Positions 25,501 to 39,529 of a stretch of DNA of 64,000 nucleotides are shown piece after piece (position 1 is the first letter of the stretch; each line of letters begins with the position of its first letter). The stretch is from Isurus oxyrinchus. Its lineage: Eukaryota. Position numbers and translations under genes: made by a program. The stretch covers positions 1,364,001 through 1,428,000 of the forward strand of contig JANJGN010000038.1 of NCBI GenBank assembly GCA_026770705.1, written 5' to 3'. Below the pieces are notes generated by a model that made no database searches, was not told the origin of the DNA, and worked only from the letters and a program-made list of their open reading frames with translations.

Positions 25501-26720
25501 GTTTCAATTGGAGTTTGTGATTGTGAGGATTCTGGATGTTGAGAGTGTTGGGTTAGTGATAGTGAGAATTCTGAATGTTAGGAATGGTGTTCTTGACAGT
25601 GAGAATCCTGGAATGTGGATATATGATAGTGAGGATTCCGGATTTTTGGAATGGGGTTCGTGACAATGAGAATTCCGGATGTTAGGAATATCGGGCTAAT
25701 GATAGTGATGATTCGGGATGTAGCAAATTTCCTTCATAATGTTTAGAATTCCTGATGTTGGGAATAGAATTTTTCATTCTGAGGGCTCTGGATGTTGGGA
25801 ATGGGGTCAGTGATAGTGACGATTCTGAATGTTGGGAATGGGCTTAATGATAATGAGGGATCTGGATCTTGGGAAAGGTGTTAGTGATCATGAGGAATAT
25901 GGAAGTTGTGAATGTGGTCAGCAATCGTGAAGAATCTAGAATGTTCGGAATGTTGTTAACATGGTTAATTACTGTGAGGATTCTAGATGTTGGGAATGGG
26001 GTTAGCAGTAGTGAGGATCCTGAAATTTGGGAATAGGTTTAGTGTAGTGCAGATTCCGGATTTTGAGGATGGTGTTAGTGATACTGAGGATTCTGGATGT
26101 TGGGAATTGTGTCAGTGATAGTAGCGATTCTGGATGTTTGGAATGGGGTTAGTGTAAGTGAGGAATCTGGATGTTGTGAGTGGGGTTAATGATAAATGAG
26201 GAATCTGGATTTTGGGAACGATGTTAATGAGAATGAAGAAGTTGGATGTTGTAATTGGGTTTAGTGATAATGAGGATTCTGAATGTTGGGAATAAGTTTA
26301 GTTCTAGTGCGGATTCCAGATTTTGAGGACGGTGTTAGTAATAGTGAGGAGTCTGGTTGTTGTGAATGGGATTAGTCATAGTGAGAATTCGGAATGTTGG
26401 TAACATGGTTAATTACTGTGAGGATTCTAGATGTTTGGAATGGAGTTAGTGAAAGCGACAATTCTGAATGTTGAGAAAGTGGGGTCAATGAAATTTATGT
26501 TTCTGGATGTTGGGATTTTCAGGTTAATGATAGGTATGTGGCAATAATGGTAGTGTGGACTCTGGATGTTCGGGATGTGGGGTTAATGATAGTGAGGATT
26601 CTGGATGTTATGGATGTGGGGTTAATGATATTTATGGTCTGGATGTTGGAGTTGTGGGGTTTTGATATTTACTGATCTGGATGTTGGGTTTTTCGGGTTA
26701 GTGATTGTTTTTATTCTGAA
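22600..26720. repeat. G/T-rich minisatellite, 37-39-bp unit, split by a LINE
   Basis: Approximate consensus gttagtgatagtgaggattctggatgttgggaatgtggg; produces spurious 13-aa repeat ORFs; interrupted at 23830-24795. Confidence 0.9.
23830..24795 (+). mobile_element. Non-LTR retrotransposon 3' fragment (MFADD-type RT family)
   Basis: GPTVLSTFINDLLSIIRSEVRMF; same family as 30410-31330, 35253-36445 and 63012-63355. Confidence 0.8.
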
Positions 26721-26759
26721 TGCAGTGAATACTAACGTTTCATCTGAACAAATTCCTTC

Positions 26760-27900
26760 ACCCTAAATAATTCTAATAAGTTTCATCAGCACCATCTCTA
26801 AGTTCTTGTCATTTGCCCTGAAGTATGGTGTCCAGAATTGGATGCAATACGACAGCGAAGGCCTACGCAATTGTTTCTGAACATTTTTCATAACTTCCTT
26901 GCTTCTGTTTTGTAATCCCTTATTAAATAAAATAAAAGATCCTATAAGCTATTCATGTCTTTCCAATTGCCCAGTCCCGTTAAAGGATCTGTGTCTGTAC
27001 ACTATCTCTGTCTTTTGAACTCCTTAAATTTATCCTATTTAATTAATATTGCCTTTCTTCATTCAACCAACCAAAATGTGCCACTATATACGCTTAACTA
27101 TATTAATTGTTACACGTTACATGTTTGCTCACCTGACAAGTCAAAATCCGCATGAAGACTCTTACAATCCTCATGCTTTACCACATTTTTGAGTCAGTAT
27201 GATTTGTTAACTTTCAAGTTATTCCCTGAATGCCTAAGTCCAGCCTATTAATAGGCATCAAAATAGCAGTGGACCTGATACAGACCACTACAGATCAGCC
27301 GTTTAAACTGCTCTCTAGTCTGAAAAAAATTAACTGCTCACCAGTTCGCTGTTACCCAACCGTTTGGAAAGTTCTGTTTCCATGTTTCTTTAACATCATA
27401 AGTTTTTATTTTGATAATGTTTCACTTGTAAACAACGTTTGCAAGTTCATACAGACAACATGAACCAGATTGTCCTTATCAAAGCTTATTACGCCTTCAC
27501 CAAAAGCACAGCATTCGAGTCAGTTAGACAGAATTCCATTTATTAGCCCAGACTTTTGTTTCAAATATAAATTATTTTTGTCCCGGACTATTGCCTTTAA
27601 TCATTTTCTACACCAACATTAGGATCTTTAGCCTGCAATTACTTTGTTCGCCCCTCTCCCCTATATATAAACAGGGGTGTAACACTTGCAGTCCTGAAGC
27701 CATGCGGCACCATCCCCGTAGACAAGGAGGATTGTCAGCTTCAGGTCAGAAACTCCACAGTGTCCTCCCCTACATCCTAGCTAACTCAAGGTGCCACTGA
27801 TTTAGGTTGGTGGCTTTTCAGGGTTGGCGATGGACAATCTTGAAGTACCTTCGCTTTCTCTATTTTTATCCAATGAAATGTTGCTTCCATCTTTATGTCT
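26760..27900 (-). mobile_element. Old CR1 fragments
   Basis: Reverse-complement CR1 RT signatures (ctgaagtatggtgtccagaattgga; tgcaagttcatacagacaacat). Confidence 0.6.
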
Positions 27901-29110
27901 GCATTGGCAACATTTGCTACTCAAATAAAGATGCAAAGTAGACATTTATTGCTTGAGCTTTGTTTTCTGCCTCTACAAGAAGGTCTGAATCTTGACATAA
28001 TGGGCCCAAACATCCTTTGATGCCCTGCTGCTGACAGAAGGGGTAGCATCAAATCTATTTTAATGATATATTTTCACTGCTCTAAACTATCCGCAACTCC
28101 AATCCCCTCTTCCATCCCCACCAACTCCCTCTCACCCCCGCCACACTGCCCTGAAATTCATGTTTTCAGATTACCCCGACATTCTTTTTGATTCAGCTTG
28201 GTTTTCTATTGTGATATGAAAAGAACATTGTCAAAAACTGCCTTTTCCTCATTTCATTTTAACCTCTATATATCTACTTATTTACGAAACTCTGCCTTTG
28301 AATTCCCTTGTTTTCCCCCTCATAAAAATGTGCCTCCAATTTCCCAGAATCATCTTCGCTTTGAAGTCCTCCAATTCCACAATTACCCTTTTGCTGCCAG
28401 TTTTTGTTTTCACTCCAACGTGCCAGGGTCAAATCCCCACTGAACTCACTAATGTTTATGTTTGTTTTGTGCTTTATTGAGTTTGTCCCCTTTCCATAAC
28501 CTCTCTAAACTTGACATTTTGGTCATTCTTTCACAAAGCTTTACCCACTGAAATATGCTCCAGTTGCCTCACTTCATTCCCAGACACAGATCCAGCACTG
28601 TTTTCATACTGAATGAGCGAGGGAACAAAAACACTGATTATGTGAAATGTGCCGCCAGGAAGTCTGGTGAAGGCAGGTTCAATAGATGTATTCAAGAGAA
28701 TATTAGATGATTATTTGAATAGAAACAATGTGAAGGAGTACGGGGATGCTAGGGCAATGACACTAGGTCATAATGCTCACTTGGAGAGCCAGCATGGAAA
28801 CAATGGGCCGAATGGCCTCCTTCTGTGCCGTTAAAAGTCTGATTCTGTAAAGTCGTGCTTACATTCAATTCAAAATATTACCCCTTCTCTTGGCCGGTAG
28901 GATAGATCATATCCCAGTCTAAATTAGGATAATTGAATGTTCACATTATCAACACTGTACTTTTTTCTTCTTTTTTAAAGTAATAACATACAGATATCCT
29001 CCTTTATCTAAGATACACATAAATGCTGCGGATGCTGGAAATCTGAAACAAAAGCAGTAAATACTGGAAAAACTCTGCAGGTCTAGCAAAATCTGTGGAG
29101 AGAGAGAAGG

Positions 29111-29145
29111 AGTTAACGTTTCGAGTCCGTATGGCTCTTCTTCAG
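29111..29145 (-). ncRNA. Minimal hammerhead-ribozyme-like motif in a Penelope-derived repeat
   Basis: Minus strand: CTGAAGA-A-GAGCC-ATACG-GACTC-GAAA-CGTTAAC, i.e. CUGANGA core, stem II, GAAA and a palindromic stem III. Confidence 0.5.
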
Positions 29146-30409
29146 TGCTGCTGAGTTTTTCCAGCATTTTCTGTTTATGCTCTTGTATCTCCTTGCAACA
29201 AGTTGGTGGTCTGAAGTATACATCCTAGCATAGCTGTTCCTCTTTTGCTCCTTAACGTTAACCAAATGGAATCCATCTTTGAGCACGCAATGATATCATC
29301 CCCCACCGTCCCCATCCCCCCCCGCCCCCACAACCCGCCACCACCTCTCCCCACCCCCCCAGCGCTTTAACATTTCATTCGACCAACATTGCTTCTTTAT
29401 TCCATTCCCCATCATTGCTGATACATAATGGAAATAACAATTCAGTTTTTAATCCAAGCCGGTATTGAATCAGTTCCCTGTTCCTTCCACCATAGCAGAA
29501 CCCCACATGGCGATTTTGTCTGCAGTCAAACTCCATTCATCACTACGTGCACTTGCACACGTGTTCTGCCAAACATTTCAAAGTATCTCGGAATTTGCCT
29601 CCAGTCTGTTTCCTCCTGTTTCTCAACTATTCTTAACTCTGCTGCTATTTGCCTCTCCTGGTGTTATGTGCACCATGTTTTTCCTCTCATCCTGTAGCTC
29701 ACTTATTATTTGAAAAGAAATAATACCTCAACTCAATGGCACTAGTCCCTTTCTTGAATCAATTCACCGACCGGCACTTATAACAATAATTACGCTGGAA
29801 TCTGTTTGTGTTCATGGCGAGCAGCTGCGATTTTCCTAAAATAGATATATATGAGGCAACACAAATAAGCAGATGGCAGAAAACTCGCAGCAAAACAGGC
29901 CGGATATTTATGTAAATTAGCACAGAAATAGGGCCACAGCAGAGAGCTTAGTGACAAAAGAGTAACCAGAAATTCCCCACCAACCAAAACAGATTCATAA
30001 TGATCAACGAATGCAAATATTACAACGAGGAACACAGATTGCTTCAGTATTTGTTGATTCAATGTTTTTCTTTCCCATTAGTAAAAATGAAAAAAAAAAT
30101 GCAGGATTCTACACGGTGATAAGAGCAAAGAGTCTTCTGCCAAGCATGCAGTTCGACAAAACAAAAAAAACTTTTTTCTGCAAAAACATACCATTTCCAA
30201 CATTTCTACTTAAACTGTAAGCATATTTCTGTGAATGGCCTATTTTTAATTTTACAAGAGGTAGCAAAAACTCTATTTACGCATTGATTTACTGTTTGTA
30301 GCATATAAATGATTTTTTAAACCCTGTGTTCTCCAGATTTAAAATATTACTGGGCCTACCAATTTATTATCTGTTTTTCGTTCCCTCTTCTATTCAACCA
30401 TCTTCTGTT

Positions 30410-31330
30410 GGTACATCAATGACCTTCCTTTCATCCTCAGGTCAGAAGTGGAGATATTCGCTGATTGCACAATGATCAGCACCATTCGCCACTCCTCAGG
30501 TACTGAAGCAGTCCATGACCAAATGCAGCAAGACCTGGACAATATCCAGACTTGGGCTGACATTTGGCAATTAACATCCCCACCTCACAAGTGAGAGGCA
30601 ATAACCATCTCCAACAACTGAGTATCTAACCATTGCCCTTTGACGTTCAATGCATTGCCATCGCTGAAATCCCCAATGTCAAATACCTTGGGGTTACCTT
30701 TAACAAGAAACTGAATTGGGCGAGCCATATGCAATGTGTGACTACGAGGGCAAGTCAGAGGGTATGAATCCTGCGGCGAGTAACTCACCTTCTGGCTCCC
30801 CAAAGCCTGTTCACCACCTACAAGGTACAGGTTAGGATTCTCCCCACTTGCTGGATGTGTGCAGCTCCAACAATACTCACGAGGCTTGACACCGTCTAGG
30901 CCAAAAATGCCGCTTGATTTTCACTACATCCACAAACATTTACTCTCTCCACCACCAACGCAATGTGGCAGCAAAGTGTACCAGCTACAAGATGCTCTGC
31001 AGGAATTCACCAAGGCTCCTGAGACAAAACCTTCCAAACCCACGACCGCTACCATCCATAAAACAAGGATAGCGGACACATTGGGACACCAGCAACTGGG
31101 AGTTGCCCTTCAAGCAACTCATCATCCTGACTTGGAAGTATATTGCTGCTCCTTCGTGTGGCTGGGTCAAAATCCTGGAATTCCCTCCCTCACAGTTCTC
31201 TGGGTGTACCTACACCCCATGGACTGCAACAATTCATGAAGGCAGCTCACCAGCATATTGGCAAGGGCAATCAGCAATAGGCAATAAATTCTGGCCTAAC
31301 CAGAGAGGCCTATACCTCGTGAATGAATAA
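30410..31330 (+). mobile_element. Non-LTR retrotransposon 3' fragment (MFADD-type)
   Basis: catcaatgaccttcc..tcagaagtggagatattcgctgat; conserved tail ending gaatgaataa. Confidence 0.8.
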
Positions 31331-33519
31331 CAAAAAGCCTTCCTTTTCCTGCCTTTCACTCTTCAATTCAAGACGGTTATTCCTACTTCCCTTCCCCTCT
31401 CTGCCAATCTTCAATTCAGCAATTCAATTCCCTTTCCCTCTCTTTCCATGATCCATTTATGAAGATAAGTCACTTTTCTCTCTTTCCCACTTCAATTGAA
31501 CAAATTACCATTTTTTTCTATTTCTAACCATTTTACTTTTCTATTCCATTGATGAGAGTTAGATCTCTTTGTCATATCTCAGTCAGAACTTCCTTTCACA
31601 ATCAGTTAACATGTTTGACCACACATCAACAGACTCGCACTCTTTGGCTCTCTGTCGACCCACCAATCGGTCTGGCTGAAACCAGTCAGCATGGCCTCCT
31701 ATCAATGATTACCCTTATCACCCATCACAATGCCCCTGCAGGATTCTTTAAGCAGTTGCTCGCCCTTTCTCTTATTGAAGTATCCCCTTTCCCGCATCTA
31801 TTGCTATCCCTGGCCTTTGGTTAACACTTCTGTTGAAATTAGTTTAACCTGCCTCTTCCACTGAGATTTCAGCCCTTTGTTGCCGTTGAGAATTCTGATA
31901 GATTGTTTTCCCTAAAAGTTAACTAATTGGCCAGCACCAAAGTTGACCGTTTGTGGCAGGGACTTATTCTGAACTGATTTGTTCTGTTTATTACGTAAAA
32001 CATTTTTATTTTCAGCTTACACTTGCAGTAACATGGTGAAGTTTCATGTACATCAGGCCTTTATACATATTGCCTTCTACATGCACTATTCAACCATGGA
32101 CTGAAGAATATGGGGTATGTCACCCATTTGTGTACAGATTGTGGATCTAATTAATTGTGCTGTAAATGAATGCACACAGCACCTGATGATGCACAGTCTG
32201 GACCGTCAGAACTCCCGCACATAACATGGCGAAGGTGAAAAATGCAGGTTGTAAGGAGACGTCGAAAATGGAAAAGCAATCATTTCATCATCAGAACCAT
32301 TCACTGGCCACAGTTGCAAAATGCCAATGTAGGATGATGTGTGGCTGAAAAGGATAGGTTTATGACAAAACATTTCAATCCAGTCATTTCGTCGGGTTAG
32401 CCCATCAGCTGAGGCAGGCCTGGTCTAACATTATAAAGCCTGGTTCAGAATGCTGGCTCAGATGTGGTGGCAATACAGAATAGCACTTGATCCTATCAGC
32501 CTTTCCACTAAAGGCTGTTCCACGTGTTAGAACACATATTCGATGATGCAATGGTCGTAGATTGTGCTCAGGTGGAAGTTTCCCTTTTCTCATTGAAAAC
32601 GAAACAACGGGGTTTATGGAATCTGGAGCCGGAAGACAAATAGCTGAGGACCACGGCAGGCCTGGTGCCAATTCAGATGGTCGTGTGTTGGCAATGATGA
32701 GACACTTGTATAGATGGCGATGAGGAGCCTGCTTATTGACTATCTGTCAAATGAGCATAATTTACATTATATAATATGGGAAATGGGGCTGAAACATATG
32801 ATAGCAGATAATTCCACTTGAAGAGATTGCGCCAGCGTGTTCTAGTGAAGTAGCGACCCCATGTGGCTATGAGTGATATAACTCGAACGTTGCACGAACA
32901 TAACTGTATTGTTCTGAAATTTATTTTCCTTAGCAACACAACACTGTGAGACTAAATTGTAATGAAACAACTTCCCAATGCATTCACTTCCAAGACTTTC
33001 CCCGTTTCTGTTCTGAGTCAGATGGAATTCAAACTGAGGACCCTAGGGAAGCTCATGCTTTGCTGTTGTGGCAAATTAATCGATAATTGTAAAATTCTTT
33101 ACTTAGATAATCAATAATCCTAACTGCTAAAAATCAAATACCACATCTTTAAGTGTAAATTTGCCTGGTATATGTCCCAGAAAGTATTTGAGTGTAGGTT
33201 ACGGGGTTTAACTGCAATTCATCAACTAATTCATTCCATTAATGGAATTACCACTATTTCCATTAATGCCACAATCTCCCACTTCAGATTCCTGGGGCAT
33301 TGGGATGATTTGGGAGAAAGAAAGACCTTCAAATGCCGATGGGCTGCAACTCAAAGGCTCCAAAATAAATATCCTGGCATGATTGTTTGCTGGTGTTTTT
33401 GGAAATGGTTTTAATTATCTTGGCCAGACGATGAGAATCTGAATGTCCACTTGGATTGGTTAGAAGCACAGCTTGAAATTTTAGGCAGATAATTAAAAGG
33501 CCCTAACGCTAGACAGGGG

Positions 33520-34205
33520 AAGCAAAGATTTGAATTTAGGCGACACGATCGAAAGAAATGGGAGCAGGAGTGGGCCATTTGCTCTCGAGCCTACTTGGCC
33601 ATTTAACAAGATCATGGCTGAACTGATTGTGACATTAACTCTACTTTCCCGCCTGCCGTCATAACCTGTGGCTCCCTTGTAGATCAAAATTCTGTCTCAT
33701 TCAGCCTTGAACATATTCAATTACCCAACCCCCACCTCTCCCTGGGGAAAATAATTCCAAAGACTGACGACCATCTGAGAGAAGAATTTCGTTTTAGCCC
33801 CCATCCTAAAAGGGTGAGCCCTTATTATTGTACAATGACAATACTAAAATACTAAAAGGGAAAGGCAGGGTAGATGCAGGTCAGATGTTGGTCCACGCTG
33901 GGGAGTCTAGAACCAGGAACACAAGTTCAAAATAAGGTGGAATCCACTTAGGACAGATGAGGGTTGCTTTTTTTTTTCCAGAGGTTTGTGAATCTTTGGG
34001 ATTCTCTAACCCAGAGGGCTGTAGAAGCTTAGCCATTGAGTATGTTTAAAGTAGAGGTCGACATATCTCTAAATACCAATGACATAAAAGGGATTTGGGA
34101 ATAATGTGGGGAAAGGTATTGAAGTAGATGACCAGACACGATAGTATTGCATGGCGGGGCAGGCTGGACATGAGCAATGGCTCACTCCCCCTCTTATGTT
34201 CCTGT
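33520..34205. mobile_element. Two CR1 3' fragments in opposite orientation
   Basis: 33520-33830 (-) and 33860-34205 (+) carry CR1 tail signatures. Confidence 0.65.
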
Positions 34206-35252
34206 GGATCCTCTCTCTCTCTCTGCTTCATGCCCTCTGACAATCTCTTCCTCTACTGACTGATTATCATCCCAGGGATTTCTCTCCATCCCCTTCATCG
34301 TCACGTCAGAGATCCCTTCAGAGTCTCCAGATTATGGGAAAAGCAACATATTTCTGTTCACATTCCAGGATCTTCCAAAATTATATCTCTGGTGCGCAGT
34401 CACTTTCCCACGAAGCAAACTAGAGTAAAGGCTCAAGGTCATTTGTTATTGAATATCATAACGTAAAGGGAGGGAATAATTAACAACCCTTCTGAAATCC
34501 TCAGACTTATATGCAGCAATTCATGTTGGTGTCTTAACTCTTTCTCTGTCCTAATCTCCCCACCACCACCGCTCCCTACCACGTTACTGTTGAGGATGAG
34601 CTTCCTCCCTAATCAGCTTTCGTGCTTAACCACTGCCTCAGTTCTTTCCAGTTTCCCTGCCCTTTATAGCGTTGGACAGACTCACTACCATTGAGATGCC
34701 AAGGGCTCTCTCCCTCGGGGTCATAACCCTGAGTCAGGAGTCACAGGCGGAACAAACTTCACCACTGGACAGAGGTTGGAACCGGCCATGATCCCTGCTC
34801 TTGAATCAATGCGGGTAACAACCAAGCACAGTGATGTGACATCATCAATGCAGGGTCAATCAGCGACAGGCATGTCTGTGTGACGTCATAGTCCTGCCCG
34901 TACCTGCCGTTTATTGTAAAGAGCAGTTCGATTGAAACTGACTTCAATTCTCATCAAAATCCTCATTCCTCAATCCTCATTCAATGTTAACACTCATTGG
35001 ACCATGAAATGCAATGACTCTGCCAGTTTACTTTGTTTGTATCCTGTGTCTTAGCGCCTCAATTTGTATATAGTCCTTGTTCTTCATATACCATTGTATG
35101 CAGCGTAGCTTCATGACAGAAAGATATTTCCTGAAAGCTGCAGCTCTCACCAGTGGCACCGGTCAATTGGCAGCTCTGTAAGTTTAAGCAAAGATGGGAG
35201 ATCTCAAATGGAAACTGCGACTGTAAATTAAAATATTGACGAATATGCCTGG

Positions 35253-36445
35253 GTTATCATCAGTAAAGTGTTGGAAGGGGTCATTAACAGTGCAAACAAA
35301 AGGCATTTATTTATCAATAACCTGCTCCCTGAGGCTCAGTTTCGGTTCCGCCAGTGTCGCTCAGCTCATGATCTCATTACAGCCTTAGTTCAAATATGGC
35401 CAGTACAGCTGAACTCCCGAGCTGATGTGAGATTGACTGCCCATGAGGTTAAGGCCACATTTGACTGAGTGTTGCATCAAGCAGCCCAAGCAAAGCTTGA
35501 ATCAATGGGATCGGGGGAAAAACACTTCACTGGTTGCAGTCATAACGAGCACAAAGGAAGAAGGTTGTGGTTGTTTGACATCAATCATCTCAGTTCCAGG
35601 ATATCACTGCAGGAGCTCATCAGGATCCTGCCTTAGGCCCAACCATCTTCAGCTCCTCCATCAATGACCTTCCTTCCATCATAAGGTCAGAAGTGGAGAT
35701 GTTTGCTGATGATTGCACAACGCCCAGCATCATTGACGACTCCTCAGATACTAAAGCAGTCCATATCCAAATGCAGCAGGGCCTGGACAATATCCAGGCT
35801 TGGGCTGACAAGTGGTAAGGAACATTCACACCACGGAAGTACCATCTCCAACAAGAAAAAATCTAACTATCGCTCCTTGACAATCCACCCACTCCACCCC
35901 ACCCCACCTCCCACCGTCTATATCTTGGGCGTTACCGTTGGCCAGAAACTGAACCGGAGTAGACATATAAATGCTGTGGCCACAAGGGCACGTCAGGCAC
36001 TAGGAATCCTACGGCAAGTAACTCACTTCCTGACTCCCTAAAGCTTGCCTACCATCTACAAGGCCCAAGTCAGGAATGTGACGGTGTACTCTCCCCTTGC
36101 CTGGATGAATGTGTAGCTCCAACAAGGCCCAGGAAGATAAACAATATGCAGGAAAAAGCAACTAGTATGATTGGCAACTCACCCACAAACGATAGATGGG
36201 GGTGCCATGGCCGGAGAGATCCCCTCCAATCTACTTACCATCCTAACTTGGAAATATATCACTGTTCCTTCACTGTCATTGGGTGAAATTCCTGGAACTC
36301 CCTCCGTAGCCACACAGTTGCCACATCACAGGAAGTGCAGCAGTTCAAGAAGGCTACTCACCACCACCCTCTCAAGGCCAATTAGGGATGGGCACTAAAT
36401 GCTGGCCCAGCCAGCGAAGCCCACATCCCATAAATCAACAATAAA
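35253..36445 (+). mobile_element. Non-LTR retrotransposon fragment (MFADD-type RT)
   Basis: LLPEAQFRFRQCRSAHDL; GSCLGPTIFSSSINDLPSIIRSEVEMFADD; shared tail. Confidence 0.82.
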
Positions 36446-36764
36446 ACTGATTATGGTGTTATTGTTTTGATCTTATTATTGCTGCAATTGATGCCCTTTG
36501 GCTACGGTTTCTATGTAATATTGATTTTGAGATTATTTGGCTCTGTTTTTTTTTGAATGCCCAAGTCACAACCTTTTCGGTGAAACAGATGGACTTCACT
36601 TAAATAATTTCACAATGATGAGGCTCGGCTGTTGGTTTCATCAGAATAAATTGTTGCGATATTACTAATTATCAAATAATGGAACCAAAAATGATTAAGT
36701 CTGTAAATTAAGGGTGATTAATATTTTGTTATTGAAGGTTAGTCAGCATTTTGGGTCAAACATG

Positions 36765-37300
36765 GTTATGTGTGTTTTGTGTGTGTGTTACTGTGGGTGT
36801 GTGTGATTGTGTTGGTCTGCGTATTTGTGCGTCTATGTATGCGTGTATTTGTGTGAGTGTGTGTTTCTACATATGTATGTATGTGTCCATTTGTGTATGT
36901 ATATGTGTGTGTTCGTGTGTTAGTATGTATTCGTGTGTGGTTGTGTGTTTCTGTGTGTGTGTGTGTGTGTGTGTGCGTGTGTTTGTGTTTACTTGTACAT
37001 ATCTGTGCATATGTGTGTGTCTGTATACATCTTTGTTTCTGTGCGTGCGTGTCTATGCGTATATGTCCGTTTGTGTATGCAAGCATAGGTGTCCATGTGT
37101 GTGCATGTGTGTTTGTGTTTGTGTGTGTTTATCCGTGAATGTGCTTCTGTGTGTGTGTGTGCACGTGTGCTATTGTGTACCTGCATATTTGTGAGCATAC
37201 GTGTGTGTCTGTGTTTGTGTGTATAAGTGCATCTGTGTTTGTGTGACTGTGTCTGTGCTTTCGTGTGCACCTTTGTGTCTTTGTGTGCATGTGTTCGTGT
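36765..37300. repeat. Compound (TG)n microsatellite
   Basis: TG-rich low-complexity tract that explains the Cys/Val and His/Thr ORFs. Confidence 0.95.
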
Positions 37301-37983
37301 GATCCTCAGTTTGATTTCCATCAGATCGATGTATCAATCAAGCCTATCAATCTGGAACAACGTGAGATACATACCAAGGAAAATCACCCTTAACAGTGTC
37401 CCGCAAACCCCTCCAGTTCAGATAAGTAACTGAAGAGAGACGGAGTAAAGCTACCTTCACACTTTACATTGAAAGATTCCAAGTTCAGGCAGGTCACTGA
37501 CAAAATGCACGGTTCTGGATGGATCAGGAGTCATTACGCCTGAAAATGGGTAATAGATCAGCATTCACTTTGGAATAATGAGACATATTATTTCATTTCA
37601 TTAAATTACTCTGGCCATTTATTTCACATGTTACCTTTATATTTCCTTGGTGTCACACTCATTTCTCAGATTGATGTGTTATTTGTCTCTTTTGTCCGAT
37701 GAAAAGTGAATTCTTGTGCATTCTCCTCACGTCTTTCTTCTACCACTTGTCTCTAGACTGTAGCACAGCACAACATCGGACAGCCAATTCTTGTTAGTAG
37801 GTAATTTAAAAGAAATGCGAAATAGCGTTGTCATTCCTCTTCATGATGCATTAGTATCTAAAATTAAGCCACATCACAGGGGCAGTTGGCAGAGTAAGAA
37901 GATAATTAACATAATGATACGTACGAGGGGAATTACATGTATTATTTGTAGATATAGATGGCATCAATAAATTTATCAGTCTA

Positions 37984-38017
<34 letters not shown>

Positions 38018-39529
38018 CATTGATCGATCTTCGGACTTCTGTCTGTCCATCCATCCATCAACTCTCGCTGCACTCTGATCCTGAAAGTTCCTCGACCTAA
38101 AATATTAACACTGTTCGTATCCCCACAAACGCTGCCTGGACTATTGTTTCAAGATAATTGCGAATGTGTGTCCTGTTGAGCATTTCCGCATTTTGTTTTT
38201 AATTCATTTACCTGCTGTGGCCACAGGATGGCGCACCAGCATCCCAGTCTTGTTAAAAACCCGCGGACCTGCCGGTTCAATGGCTTCACAGGTGACAGCT
38301 GGGATTTCAGGAAACACAACGGTGTCCTAAAATCTTGCACGGTGGCTTGTTTAGGGCAGGAAACTATTAATAAGTTTAAGTGTCACGTTATGGAAAAATG
38401 TGACATTAAAATCTCGGGTAGATTGCATTGCATGGTCCAATCTGTTGTCCGTAAAAGGAATAAAACATCCTCAATCCAAAATGATTTTTTAACGTCTCAT
38501 TAATAGACGGACAGAAAATTGCTTCTAGCTTTCATGAGTGGATATAATTATAAGCATTGACCACACCTTGAAATTTTCTATAAACAGCTTGGACGTCCAA
38601 ATTCCTTCACCATTACACAAGACTCAGTGTGATAACATTTCCGGCCAGGAAAGAAGCATTCTTGTCTTTCTGTGTGAAGGCAATACAAAGGAAGATAATA
38701 TTTCTGTTCGATTTCAAATAGGTAGCCTTACACGTGTGAAAAATACGCGATAAGCAATCCATTACAGAAACACACCACAGCAAACAACATGGAGGAACAG
38801 CCAAAATTTTAAATAGTGCAGGCTTGACGCACACCGGAACCTTTTTTATTTTCCCTTTAGGAATCATGTTCGAGAACGAGGTATTAGGAAGGTTGCAGAA
38901 TTTGGTCCAAGAAATTGTATTACAACATTACAACGTGCTAGGCCATTCGGCAATTGTACCGAGTCCGGATCTTTGAAACAGCTGTCAAATTAGTCCCGAT
39001 TCTTGCCTTTTTTCCCCATTACCCTGCAATTCTCCCGTTCAAGCAATTATACAATTCTCCATTGAAACTCGTGAGTTAAGAAAAAACGTTATGGACAGTT
39101 GTGCAGGAGCCTTTGCAGTTTCGATGCAATGTGCTTGACATTTGCTGGAGTTCCCCTACCCAAAAACACTGCAAGTTCAATTCGGGATTCTGAATCCGTC
39201 TTGAAAATTTATTATTGTAGAACTGATTCCCAATCGAATTTGATCAATACTTATTCCGATCAAACAAGGCTTTGCTTTACTGAGTCATTTCACATTAACT
39301 ATGAAATCGGACACTATCGGGCTGTATGAGTTGTGGAACATTTTGCTACAGCTATAGAAAACTGGGTTAGATTACATCGGTTTGATACACACAGTAGAAA
39401 AACTGAAAATCTTTATTATAAGCATAAACAGAGACAGCTCGAAATTGTAGCAATCAACAAAATTCTATGGATTTTGGAATGGCCCCAGCGTGTAGGAAAA
39501 CCAGAAAAGTAGAAAGCAGGACGATAGCT

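Noticed and set aside
22790-25542. ORFs with 13-aa repeats (LVIVRILDVGNVG), LRR-like or CRISPR-like periodicity
   Set aside because: These are translations of a 39-bp minisatellite with frequent stops and frameshifts; there are no unique spacers or cas genes.
36450-36520. Hydrophobic stretch (GVIVLILLLLQLMPFGYG) resembling a leader or GPCR exon 1
   Set aside because: No in-frame ATG across the LINE junction and no partner exon found.
36751-37321. Cys/Val-rich and His/Thr-rich ORFs
   Set aside because: Translations of a (TG)n microsatellite.
39099-39329. ORF containing 'KIYYC'
   Set aside because: No other V-domain hallmarks and no RSS.
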